Positions 14,894 to 23,456 of a stretch of 32,000 nt of DNA are shown piece after piece. Below the pieces are notes generated by a model. That model saw nothing but the letters and a program-made list of their open reading frames with translations. It had not been told where the DNA came from and did no database searches. Position 1 is the first letter of the stretch. The number at the start of each line of letters is the position of its first letter. The translations under genes were made by a program, and so were the position numbers. Source of the stretch: Vibrio vulnificus CMCP6 (GTDB taxonomy: Bacteria > Pseudomonadota > Gammaproteobacteria > Enterobacterales > Vibrionaceae); assembly GCF_000039765.1 (NCBI RefSeq), contig NC_004459.3:2511127-2543126 (forward strand), read 5' to 3'.

Positions 14894-15409
14894 ATGCAGC
14901 AAATTTTGGAAACTGAACGTTTAATTCTTAGATCATTTAAGCAGTCTGATGCTGAGCAAGTATCAGTATTAGCTGGTGATAAACGAATCGCAGAAATGAC
15001 AGCAAACATACCGCATCCATACGAAGTTTCAGATGCAATTTCATGGATTGAAACACATGAAATTGGTTTTGCCAGCGGAGAGAGTATTGTTTATGCGATT
15101 GTACATAAAGAATCGTTAGAGCTTATTGGGGCCGTGAGTTTGCCAAGCTTAAAAGATGGCCAAGGTATATTAGGTTATTGGTTGGGTGTCGATTTTTGGG
15201 GGCAGGGTTATGCGACAGAAGCTTCAAAGGCGCTAATTGAGTACGCAAAAGAATCTCATGGATTGAGAGAGTTAAAGGTTATGCATCTTGTTGGTAATGC
15301 TCGTTCAAAGTCAGTTATCGATAAACTTGGCGTTACTTACATAGAAAATCAAACACTTCGTATGCAAGGTGGTGAACGCGAGGTTTGTGTTTATATTTCA
15401 GCGGTATAA
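14894..15409 (+). CDS. GNAT acetyltransferase, RimJ/RimL-like
   Basis: LETERLILRSF at the N-terminus, then LGYWLGVDFWGQGYATEA. The ORF-track start 14846 lies inside attC#23; ATG 14894 is preferred. Confidence 0.7.
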   Translation: MQQILETERLILRSFKQSDAEQVSVLAGDKRIAEMTANIPHPYEVSDAISWIETHEIGFASGESIVYAIVHKESLELIGAVSLPSLKDGQGILGYWLGVDFWGQGYATEASKALIEYAKESHGLRELKVMHLVGNARSKSVIDKLGVTYIENQTLRMQGGEREVCVYISAV

Positions 15410-15413
15410 ATTC

Positions 15414-15540
15414 ACCTAACAAAGCGTTAAAGAGGGATTCATGCCGCGTGGCATTTTTGGTATGCGGTATGTTTTGGTGGTGAAAGTGGTCTGCGGGAAG
15501 TTGGTTTAGGCGGCATTCACCCCTTAACGCAGCGTTATGT
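15414..15540 (+). repeat. attC site #24
   Basis: R'' ACCTAAC ... R' GTTATGT. Confidence 0.9.
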
Positions 15541-15559
15541 TTTATTGGGAAACTTTAAT

Positions 15560-15973
15560 ATGTCAGATTTAATTCAAGAGATTAAAAGCCTAAGTTCACA
15601 CCAAATTATCTATTCATTGGCTTTTTCTGCAGCCATTATATCTCCGGGCTTGCTTATAATTTTTACATACAAGAGAGAGCTGTTTTTAAATCTAGATCTT
15701 ATTAAGCTTCTGATGCTATCAGTTAGCCTGTCAGTTCCAATTATTGTGTGTGCAACTTTACTTGCAGTGTATGATACGGACGAACAGTCATTGGATAAAA
15801 TAACTTTTTTTGGCTACTTTATTAGTTTGATTTTAGTGTATCCAACACTGTTTTCTGCTTATCTGTTATCTTTTTCATTTAAAACGTTTTCTTTTATGCT
15901 GTTAGGTTCATATCTTGGGCTCTTTTTTATGACTTGGTTTAATAAAAAATCATCAACGCTGAAAAAAACATAA
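15560..15973 (+). CDS. integral membrane protein (about 4 TM), unknown function
   Basis: Hydrophobic segments run through most of the protein. ATG 15560 is preferred over TTG 15545. The TAA stop lies in the attC R''. Confidence 0.55.
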   Translation: MSDLIQEIKSLSSHQIIYSLAFSAAIISPGLLIIFTYKRELFLNLDLIKLLMLSVSLSVPIIVCATLLAVYDTDEQSLDKITFFGYFISLILVYPTLFSAYLLSFSFKTFSFMLLGSYLGLFFMTWFNKKSSTLKKT

Positions 15974-16093
15974 CAAGGCGTTCAAGAGGGATTCATGCCG
16001 CGTGGCATTTTTGGTATGCGGTGATTTTTGTGGTGAAAATGGTCTGCGGAAAGTTGGTTTAGGCGGCACTCACCCCTTAACGCAGCGTTATGT
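15968..16093 (+). repeat. attC site #25
   Basis: R'' ACATAAC ... R' GTTATGT. Confidence 0.9.
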
Positions 16094-16108
16094 GCAGCAG
16101 GAGATTGT

Positions 16109-16582
16109 ATGACAAAAAAGGAAGAGCTAAGTAAACTTGAATACAAAATGTTCAGCCAGGCAATGCGTGGGTTTCATGAACCAGAAGGTTCTATCGCTAG
16201 GATATTGACTATTCACCTGATAACAGAGGCAGTCTTAGAGAAAATCATAGGTTTAATATTAGATAGGCATGCTTCAGCGGTTCTGAGTGTCAGCCTTTCA
16301 TATAGACAGAAATTAGAACTATGCTCTAAGTTACAATTTGAAGATGGCGAGAGGGTTCTCAATAGTTCCGTGGTTGGTTCTCTAAAAAAGCTAAATACAC
16401 TACGAAATAACCTAGCGCATAAGTTGGATCATGAAGTCACCAAGGAAGAGCTACTTTCTGTGTTTTACGTCATAGAGCCCAATATTCCCGACGAAGTGTT
16501 ATCATCTGATTTAGAGGTGATTGTAAAGTCATATCATGCCCATATATTCCCTTTGATGTTTGGTCGGAAAGTAAGCACATAA
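16109..16582 (+). CDS. HEPN-motif (Rx4H) protein, putative RNase/abortive-infection-type effector
   Basis: 157 aa, helical-looking. LNTLRNNLAH carries R99 (nt 16403) and H104 (nt 16418). The RBS is GCAGGAG. Confidence 0.55.
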   Translation: MTKKEELSKLEYKMFSQAMRGFHEPEGSIARILTIHLITEAVLEKIIGLILDRHASAVLSVSLSYRQKLELCSKLQFEDGERVLNSSVVGSLKKLNTLRNNLAHKLDHEVTKEELLSVFYVIEPNIPDEVLSSDLEVIVKSYHAHIFPLMFGRKVST

Positions 16583-16701
16583 CAAACTGTTCAAGCAGAT
16601 TCGGCACGCGTGGCATTTTGGGTTTGCGGTGAGTTTTGTGATTACGGAGTAGTGCAGAGGCATTTGTATAGCGTGCCTCACTACTTAACAGGGCGTTATG
16701 C
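16577..16701 (+). repeat. attC site #26
   Basis: R'' ACATAAC ... R' GTTATGC. Confidence 0.85.
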
Positions 16702-17045
16702 TTAATCAAATAAAATCAGTGGTTTATGGTTTTTCTTTGTTTCCTCTGCTTTTGGGTTTTGTGCGCGTCGGCAAGTTGGCTCCAGTGGGTGCTGTTTGCT
16801 GGACACTTATTCTTTGGCGCTGAAAATTCACAGAGTTGCCTCAATCAACTTTCGGGCAAGCGCGAGGTTAGGGCGGTTGGCACAATCAGAAATTTGATCT
16901 TAGGTTTTTGAGTTTTGATTACCAAATTTCAAAGTCTGATTTTCAAAACTATGAGTCATTTCGGTTTTCTACGTTTTGGCTTTTGTTTGTGAATCAAAGC
17001 CGAGTTAATCTTGTTTCCAGAAAAACGTAACCCATTGAAGCTTAA
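16702..17045 (+). other. ORF-less paralogous cassette, subtype A (copy A6)
   Basis: Homologue of A1. It carries the compensatory A-T to G-C change in the conserved hairpin (16831-16853). Confidence 0.8.
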
Positions 17046-17172
17046 GCATAACAAGGCGTTCAAGAGGGATTCATGCCGCGTGGCATTTTTAGTATGCGGT
17101 TAGTTTTAGTGGTGAAAGTGGTCTACGGGAAGTTGGTTTGTGCGGCATTCACCCCTTAACGCAGCGTTATGT
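17046..17172 (+). repeat. attC site #27
   Basis: R'' GCATAAC ... R' GTTATGT. Confidence 0.9.
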
Positions 17173-17506
17173 TTAATCACGTAAAATCAGTTGCTTGCAT
17201 CTTTTTTGGCTTTCTAATTTTGGTCTTGTCGGCAAGTGACTTTAGTGGTCGCTGTTTTCTGGACTTCAATTCGTGGGCGCTAAAAATTCAGAGAACTGCC
17301 TCATTTAATTTCAGTGTGTTTGTAAGTTGAATGAAGCGATCCTAGTTTCAAAGTCTGAGCTCCAGTTTTGGTATCTCACGCTAAAACTCAATATCAGTAA
17401 AATCAAATTTATGAGTTAATTCAGTTTTTTAGCATCTGGTTTTGGTTTGCAGAGGTAAGTCTAGTTAAGCTATTGGTGTCGTTAAACTTAACCCTTTGAG
17501 CCTTAA
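17173..17506 (+). other. ORF-less paralogous cassette, subtype B (copy B2)
   Basis: Homologue of B1. Confidence 0.8.
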
Positions 17507-17633
17507 ACATAACAAGGCGTTCAAGAGGGATTCATGCCGCGTGGCATTTTTGGTATGCGGCGAGTTTTGGTGATGAAAGTGGTCTGCGGGAAGTTGGTTT
17601 GTGCGGCATTCACCCCTTAACGCAGCGTTAGGC
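17507..17633 (+). repeat. attC site #28
   Basis: R'' ACATAAC ... R' GTTAGGC. Confidence 0.9.
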
Positions 17634-17666
17634 GATTCGGATAAACTGAAGTGAAGAGATATAAAA

Positions 17667-18242
17667 TTGCCAATATATAATGTCAAAATCGAAAATTTAC
17701 CTGAGCAATTTCCAACTCACAATCATTCGCCTTTGTTTTGGGAAAGTTTAGGGCGAACAATCGCAACATATGGCTTTCTCGAAGAGATATTGCTTAGAGC
17801 AATTTTTGCACTGAGCGTAACAAAGGAACACAAAGAAAGTGACCTCGAATTAGTCTACGAGAAATGGGCAGGGTTGATGGAGCGTTCATTATCAGATCAA
17901 TTAGGAAGTTTAATTGACTCTTTCAGTAAGCAAGCTCGAACTCATCAGTGCGTTTCGTCGGATATTGAACAGTTAGTACATGATTTACGTGAAGCCTCAA
18001 AACTAAGAAATGTTTTATGCCACGGTTCTTGGGCTGTACCGGATTCGTGCGGAAAATCGGTCCCATTTTTTGTTAATAAAAACAAAGAAATATTTGATAC
18101 AGCAATAGATGTTACTTATCTCAATCAAGTCCAACAACATGTCAAAGAATTGAGTTGCTCGGTTATCAATACAGTGACTCAAAAAGGCTTTCGTTTTCCA
18201 GGTACAAATGGTCCTGGGCGAGAGGTTTGGGAATTCGCCTAA
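17667..18242 (+). CDS. HEPN-motif (Rx4H) protein, unrelated in sequence to 16109-16582
   Basis: 191 aa. ASKLRNVLCHGSW has R at nt 18006 and H at nt 18021. The only in-frame start after the upstream stop is TTG 17667, preceded by GAAGAG. The TAA stop lies in the attC R''. Confidence 0.55.
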   Translation: MPIYNVKIENLPEQFPTHNHSPLFWESLGRTIATYGFLEEILLRAIFALSVTKEHKESDLELVYEKWAGLMERSLSDQLGSLIDSFSKQARTHQCVSSDIEQLVHDLREASKLRNVLCHGSWAVPDSCGKSVPFFVNKNKEIFDTAIDVTYLNQVQQHVKELSCSVINTVTQKGFRFPGTNGPGREVWEFA

Positions 18243-18362
18243 CAAACTGTTCAAGAGGGATTCGCAACGCGTGGCATTTTTGCTATGCGTTGGTTTTAGC
18301 GATTAAGGTGGTATGCGGCGGCTTTGGTATTGCGTCGCTCACCCCTTAACAGGGCGTTATGT
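18237..18362 (+). repeat. attC site #29
   Basis: R'' GCCTAAC ... R' GTTATGT. Confidence 0.9.
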
Positions 18363-18382
18363 TCACAAGATGGATTGTAGAT

Positions 18383-18712
18383 ATGGATGAAAAAGTACAA
18401 ATAGCTTTTGGTGTTTGGGCGGGTGTTTCACTCCTCGGTTATGTGTTGTTCTATGCGAATAAAAATACACAGTTTAAGAGGAAATATTATCCAGCATTCT
18501 CTGTCGTGACAGGCGCTTTATTTTTGTTCATTGTTAACTTGATGGGCTTCTTTAAACATCAATTCTGGATTGTAATTGTCCCCATTGTTGCGCTAATAAC
18601 TTTTATGAACATACGTGGTGCTAAGTTTTGCGACAACTGTGGGAAATCAAACTTTACGCAATCGTTAAAAGATAGAAAAATCGAATGTCAAAAATGTGGG
18701 CATACTATTTGA
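18383..18712 (+). CDS. membrane protein with C-terminal zinc ribbon
   Basis: Three hydrophobic segments, then CDNCGK..CQKCGH. The track start 18359 is the ATG of the attC R' box; ATG 18383 is the more likely start. Confidence 0.55.
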   Translation: MDEKVQIAFGVWAGVSLLGYVLFYANKNTQFKRKYYPAFSVVTGALFLFIVNLMGFFKHQFWIVIVPIVALITFMNIRGAKFCDNCGKSNFTQSLKDRKIECQKCGHTI

Positions 18713-18721
18713 GCAATGTGA

Positions 18722-18847
18722 ACATAACAAGGCGTTCAAGTGGGATTCATGCCGCGTGGCATTTTGGGTTTGCAGTGAGTTTTGTGGTGAAAGTGGCCTG
18801 CGAAAGGTTGGTTTGTGCGGCATTCACCCCTTAACGCGGCGTTATGT
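18722..18847 (+). repeat. attC site #30
   Basis: R'' ACATAAC ... R' GTTATGT. Confidence 0.9.
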
Positions 18848-19199
18848 TTAATCACGTAAAATCAGTTGGTTGCATCTTTTCTTTGCTCCCTCGGCTGGTT
18901 AGTTTCGAGTTTGTCGGCAAGTTGGCTTCAGTGGGCGCTGTTTGCCGGACATCAATTCTTTGGCGCTGGAAATTCAGAGCGTTGCCTCAATCAATTTTCG
19001 CGCAAACGCGAGGTTAAGGCTGTTGGCTCAATCAAAAATCAGCTTTCACTTACTTGTTGTCAAAGCTTGAATTGTTAAAATTCCAAGTCTGATTTTCAAA
19101 AGTTATGAGTCATTTCAGTTTTTTAGGTTTTAGCTTTTGTACGTGAGTCAAAGCCGAGTTAATCTTGGTTTTGGTAGAATGTAAGTCCTTGAAGCTTAA
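18848..19199 (+). other. ORF-less paralogous cassette, subtype A-like with third middle variant (copy A7)
   Basis: B-like 5' end (CAGTTGGTTGCATC), A-like core and a unique middle (..CAGCTTTCACTTACTTGTTGTCAAAGC..). Confidence 0.75.
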
Positions 19200-19326
19200 A
19201 CATAACAAAGCGTTAAAGAGGGACTTGGCACGCGTGGCATTTTTGGTTTGCAGCTTGTTTAGTGGTTAAGGTGGTATGCAGCAATTTTTTTATTGCGTGC
19301 CTGCGCCCCTTAACGCGGCGTTAGCT
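19200..19326 (+). repeat. attC site #31
   Basis: R'' ACATAAC ... R' GTTAGCT. Confidence 0.9.
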
Positions 19327-19339
19327 GGTAGGAGGTTAT

Positions 19340-19732
19340 ATGGAAATTAATACCGACTTTGAGAAGATGAGCTTTCATGATGTATCTATCAATGATGTTT
19401 CCAGAACTGACTCCAAGATCATCATCGTTCTCAGTGGTATTTTCATCAGCAAAGAGCACCCAAGTTCCAATGGAAAAGATCTAATTGTTCAGAATGGGGT
19501 GATGACTCTATACAACGTGTCTAATGAAAAAAGCCTCACTTGGTTGAATGATGTGGCACCTGTCAGTCACAAAATTCCAGAGTACCCGATTGATGAAATC
19601 ATGAATGCGAAGTTTGATGGGAGTACATTCCACTTTGATGGTTTTAAGGAAACGATGCCTTGGCATGAGTGGTTTATTCAGGCAACAAGTTTCAACTTGG
19701 TAGCTTTCGATGTTGTGGAAACAACCAGCTAA
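19340..19732 (+). CDS. hypothetical protein
   Basis: 130 aa. Strong RBS GGAGG 6 nt upstream. The TAA stop lies in the attC R''. No motif recognised. Confidence 0.6.
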   Translation: MEINTDFEKMSFHDVSINDVSRTDSKIIIVLSGIFISKEHPSSNGKDLIVQNGVMTLYNVSNEKSLTWLNDVAPVSHKIPEYPIDEIMNAKFDGSTFHFDGFKETMPWHEWFIQATSFNLVAFDVVETTS

Positions 19733-19854
19733 CAAGCAATTTAAGAGGGATTCACAACGCTTGGCACTTTTGCTTCTACTTCAAATTTAGTGTTTATGGC
19801 ACAATGCGTTAGGTTGGGTGGAGGCGTTGTTCACCCCTTAATTGGGCGTTATGT
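19727..19854 (+). repeat. attC site #32
   Basis: R'' AGCTAAC ... R' GTTATGT. Confidence 0.9.
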
Positions 19855-19867
19855 GCTTTGGGAGAAA

Positions 19868-20278
19868 ATGGAAATGGATATTCCCGACAGATTCAAAAAT
19901 GTAAGATACGTTTCATCCCGCATTCCGGGTTGCAAAGATGATTCAGACTTAACGCTTGGAGCTAACTGTCAGGTCTTTGCTTATAACCTGCTCAGAGACT
20001 TCGGTCTAAATCCACCTAACTACCGTTCTAGTGAATTGTGGGATGACTCGGAGTTTAGTGAGGTGGTCACTGAGTTTAAGCCGTTAGATATCATGATGTA
20101 CAACGACTCTACTGACTCATACGGAGCACACGTTGGGGTGTATGTCGGTAATGGACTCGTCTACCACCTTTCTTTATCCAATGGCGTACCCATGTTTGAG
20201 CGCCATTTAGACTTACTTCAACAAAGTAAGTATCAGTTTTTTATTGGCGCTAAGCGTATAAAACAGTTTGGTGCATAA
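19868..20278 (+). CDS. NlpC/P60 (C40 peptidase)-like protein, no signal peptide
   Basis: The Cys block GANCQVFAYNLL and His block GAHVGVYVGNGLVYHLS resemble the NlpC/P60 catalytic motifs. The track start 19790 lies inside attC#32; ATG 19868, after GGGAG, is preferred. Confidence 0.55.
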   Translation: MEMDIPDRFKNVRYVSSRIPGCKDDSDLTLGANCQVFAYNLLRDFGLNPPNYRSSELWDDSEFSEVVTEFKPLDIMMYNDSTDSYGAHVGVYVGNGLVYHLSLSNGVPMFERHLDLLQQSKYQFFIGAKRIKQFGA

Positions 20279-20289
20279 CGTAAGTACGC

Positions 20290-20415
20290 ACATAACAAAC
20301 TGTTCAAGAGGGATTCGCAACGCGTGGCATTTTCACTATGCGTTGGTTTTAGTGATTAAGGTGGTTTGCGGCGGCTTTGGTATTGCGTTGCTCACCCCTT
20401 AACAGAGCGTTAGGC
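20290..20415 (+). repeat. attC site #33
   Basis: R'' ACATAAC ... R' GTTAGGC. Confidence 0.9.
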
Positions 20416-20432
20416 AAATAAAAGGAAAGCAT

Positions 20433-20738
20433 ATGACACTTGGGTCCTTAATTCTTCTTTCATTTCTACACATTGCAGTTTGTTTTGTTAGTCCTTTTGT
20501 GTTTTTTGTTGCCGTATTTCAATTGCGTGAATTTGAACTTTCTAAATATCACGCAGATATCTGTATGGCGTTAGGTGGAGCATATGTCATTTCGACAATT
20601 GTGAGCGTAATTATCGTTTCTAATTATTACCTCGCTGATAGTCAGGCTCCTTACTATTGGTGGTTTGCAATGCCTTGGACGTTATTGGTCACTATTATTG
20701 TGTACGTTTTGAAAGTAGCGAAGGTTAAATTTGCCTAA
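20433..20738 (+). CDS. small integral membrane protein (3 TM)
   Basis: 101 aa, hydrophobic throughout. The RBS is AAAGGAAAG. Confidence 0.55.
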   Translation: MTLGSLILLSFLHIAVCFVSPFVFFVAVFQLREFELSKYHADICMALGGAYVISTIVSVIIVSNYYLADSQAPYYWWFAMPWTLLVTIIVYVLKVAKVKFA

Positions 20739-20859
20739 CAAGGCGTTCAAGAGGGATTCATGCCGCGTGGCATTTTGGGTATGCAGTGAGTTTTAGTGGT
20801 GAAAATGGTCTGCGGTAAGTTGGTTTATGCGGCATTCACCCCTTAACGCGGCGTTATGT
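20733..20859 (+). repeat. attC site #34
   Basis: R'' GCCTAAC ... R' GTTATGT. Confidence 0.9.
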
Positions 20860-21205
20860 TTAATCACGTAAAATCAGTTGGTTGCATTTTTTCTTTGCTT
20901 TCTCGGTTTTCTAATTTTGGTCTCGTCGGCAAGTTGGCTTAATAGGGCGCTGTTTTCTGGACATCCATTCTTGGGCGCTAAAAACTCTGAGAATTGCCTC
21001 AGTCGATTTTCGGGTAAGCACGAGGTTAGGGCATCTGGCTCAATCGGAAATTTGAACTTAGGTTTTTGAGTTTTAGCAGCCAAATTATAAAGTCTGATTT
21101 TCAAAAATCATGAGTCATTTCAGTTTTTTAGCTTCTGGTTTTGGTGTGCAAAGGTAAGTCGAGTTAAGCTCTTGGTATCGTAAAACTTAACCCTTTGAGT
21201 CTTAA
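20860..21205 (+). other. ORF-less paralogous cassette, A/B mosaic copy
   Basis: B-type 5' end, A-type core (hairpin, GGCTCAATC block, TTGAGTTTTAGCAGCCAAAT) and B-type 3' end (TTAGCTTCTGGTTTTGG..GTAAGTCGAGTTAAGCTCTTGG). Confidence 0.8.
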
Positions 21206-21332
21206 ACATAACAAGGCGTTCAAGAGGGATTCATGCCGCGTGGCATTTTTGGTATGCGGTGAGTTTTAGTGGTGAAAGTGGTCTGCGGAAAGCTGGTTTA
21301 TGCGGCATTCACCCCTTAACGCAGCGTTATGT
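21206..21332 (+). repeat. attC site #35
   Basis: R'' ACATAAC ... R' GTTATGT. Confidence 0.9.
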
Positions 21333-21668
21333 TTAATCACGCAAAATCAGTTGCTTGCATCTTTTCTTGGCTTTCTAGTTTTGGCTTTGTCGGCAAGTTA
21401 ACTTCAGTGGCTGCTGTTTTCTGGACTCCAATTCATTGGCGCTAAAAATTCAGAGAGTTGCCTCATTGAAATACAGTGTTTGGGTGAGGTGAGTGCAGCT
21501 TGCTCAGTTTCAAAGTTAGAGCTTCAGCTTTCGTTTCTCACGTTGTGATTCAATGCAAATTCAATCAATTCTATGAGTTAATTCAGTTTTTTAGCCTATG
21601 GTTTTGGTTTGCAAAGGTAAGTCGAGTTAAGCTCTTGGTATCGTAAAACTTAACTCTTTGAGTCTTAA
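21333..21668 (+). other. ORF-less paralogous cassette, subtype B (copy B3)
   Basis: Homologue of B1. Confidence 0.8.
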
Positions 21669-21795
21669 ACATAACAAGGCGTTTAAGTGGGATTCATGCC
21701 GCGTGGCATTTTTGGTATGCGGTTAGTTTTTGTAGTGAAGGTGGTCTGCGGAAAGCTGGTTTAGGCGGCGTTCACCCCTTAACGCAGCGTTATGC
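21669..21795 (+). repeat. attC site #36
   Basis: R'' ACATAAC ... R' GTTATGC. Confidence 0.9.
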
Positions 21796-21823
21796 TAAAT
21801 CCCCTTAAAGATAGGATATCATC

Positions 21824-22066
21824 ATGAGTTTAGAGCAAATTACCGAGTTTTTGGGTTGGTGTACGTTGATAAATATTGTGATTCTGTCTCTTAGTACAGT
21901 TTTAGTGCTGCTACTAAAAAGTAAGATTTTGTCGTATCACAGTAAGTTGTTTGATATTTCCAAGCCTAGGCTAAATGCATTGTATTTCAGCTATCTCGGT
22001 CACTACAAAGTGATCACCTTAGCTTTCTTTTTAGTACCTTATCTCGCCTTAAAGGTGATTTCTTAG
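21824..22066 (+). CDS. small membrane protein (2 TM)
   Basis: 80 aa with two hydrophobic helices. Confidence 0.55.
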   Translation: MSLEQITEFLGWCTLINIVILSLSTVLVLLLKSKILSYHSKLFDISKPRLNALYFSYLGHYKVITLAFFLVPYLALKVIS

Positions 22067-22084
22067 TATCACTTTGAATTTTTA

Positions 22085-22208
22085 GCATAACAAACAATTC
22101 AAGCAGACCCTCAACGCTCGCCGATTTTGTTTTGCGTCGGGTTTTGTGTTGCCGAGTAATGCGGAAAGTGAGCCAGGGCGTTTCGGGCTACTTAATTGGG
22201 CGTTAGTT
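22085..22208 (+). repeat. attC site #37 (divergent subtype)
   Basis: R'' GCATAAC ... R' GTTAGTT. The central part is unlike the majority type, but the AAGCAGACC../..GGGCTACTTAATTGGGCGTT dyad is retained. Confidence 0.75.
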
Positions 22209-22233
22209 GCTTTCAGAAATAATAGGTAAGTAC

Positions 22234-22806
22234 ATGAAAGATAGATTGGTCTCATTTGATCTTGAAACAGATCTAGTTATGTCATTGCGGTGCTTACTTG
22301 ATGCTTTATCTCAAATAGAAGTAGGGCAAAACTCGTATTTTAAATGGGCAGTAATATACGGACATAATTCGGTTCAATCGGCAATGTGTTTAGCTCTAAT
22401 TACTTCAGATTCACGTCTGGTACGGAAAAGAGACAGCTACCATGCTGATTATGGCGATTTAGATAATATTGAATGGCTCTATGAAAAATTGCGTAAGGAG
22501 GATTTCCTCCCTTACATGGGAAGTCAAATCATTGATAACCAGCGATTTAAAAAGGAAAGCGTCAGTCGCTTACAGACAACTCGGAACACATTTATTCATC
22601 AACATCCATCACAGTATGTCTTTACGTTTAAGGAACTAACCGAGTTACTATTTTTATCAGTTGAGCTAGTTGATTTCCTCGTTAATGAAAGTGAGCGTTT
22701 AGCTATAGACGGTCATACACAAAGTCAAATTAAGAGCTTGGTGGGTGAGTTGAGTACGCAACTAACAAACTGTTCAAGAGGGATTCCCAACGCTTGGGAT
22801 TTTTGA
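22234..22806 (+). CDS. HEPN-motif (Rx4H) protein, third unrelated example; C-terminus encoded by attC
   Basis: LQTTRNTFIHQHP has R at nt 22582 and H at nt 22597. ATG 22234 is preferred over TTG 22207. The ORF misses the TAA in R'' and reads 42 nt into attC#38 (..TNCSRGIPNAWDF). Confidence 0.5.
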   Translation: MKDRLVSFDLETDLVMSLRCLLDALSQIEVGQNSYFKWAVIYGHNSVQSAMCLALITSDSRLVRKRDSYHADYGDLDNIEWLYEKLRKEDFLPYMGSQIIDNQRFKKESVSRLQTTRNTFIHQHPSQYVFTFKELTELLFLSVELVDFLVNESERLAIDGHTQSQIKSLVGELSTQLTNCSRGIPNAWDF

Positions 22807-22886
22807 TTCCAATTTGAGTATTGTGTTTACGGTGGTAATTTTAGGTTAGGTGGTAGCGTTGCTCACCCCTTAACAGGGCGTTAGGT
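22760..22886 (+). repeat. attC site #38
   Basis: R'' AACTAAC ... R' GTTAGGT. Confidence 0.9.
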
Positions 22887-22920
22887 GAATTGCGATAATT
22901 CAACAAGATCGGGGGATAGA

Positions 22921-23295
22921 ATGAGCGAAATTAAGAGATGTGATGTAAATGAAGAATGGGCACACTCAGGTTACGTTGTAGCTGGAGATTATGTTTTCCT
23001 TGGTTATTGTGTTGGCAATGTTGGGAAAAGTGTCGAAGAACAAGTAAACGGAGCTTTTGATGATATGGCTAGAAAGCTTGAAATGGAAAATCTAACGTTA
23101 GATAGTGTAGTGAAAATCGATGTTTTGCTCAGGGATGTATGGAATATTCCATTAGTAGAGAAAGTTATCAAAGAACGTTTTAAGAATGGCTATCCTGCGA
23201 GAAAAACGATTTCTACTGATTTTGCTCATAGAGGTGGAGAGTCATCAGGTCTTCATGTGCAAATAGATGGTGTCGCTTATATCGCAAAAAAATAA
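22921..23295 (+). CDS. RidA/YjgF/UK114 family protein
   Basis: About 124 aa. VVKIDVLLRD, NGYPARKTIS and HVQIDGVAY fit the RidA pattern. ATG 22921 follows GGGGGA. Confidence 0.65.
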   Translation: MSEIKRCDVNEEWAHSGYVVAGDYVFLGYCVGNVGKSVEEQVNGAFDDMARKLEMENLTLDSVVKIDVLLRDVWNIPLVEKVIKERFKNGYPARKTISTDFAHRGGESSGLHVQIDGVAYIAKK

Positions 23296-23317
23296 GCCAT
23301 GTGCAATCCAGTTATTC

Positions 23318-23443
23318 ACCTAACAAATTGCTTAAGAGTGATTCGCAACGCGTGGCATTTTTGGCTTGCGTTGGGTTTAGTGATTACGGCGCAATGCGGA
23401 GGCTTGGTGAAGGCGTTGCTCACACCTTAGCAAGGCGTTAGAA
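23318..23443 (+). repeat. attC site #39
   Basis: R'' ACCTAAC ... R' GTTAGAA. Confidence 0.85.
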
Positions 23444-23456
23444 AGTTTAGGAAAAT

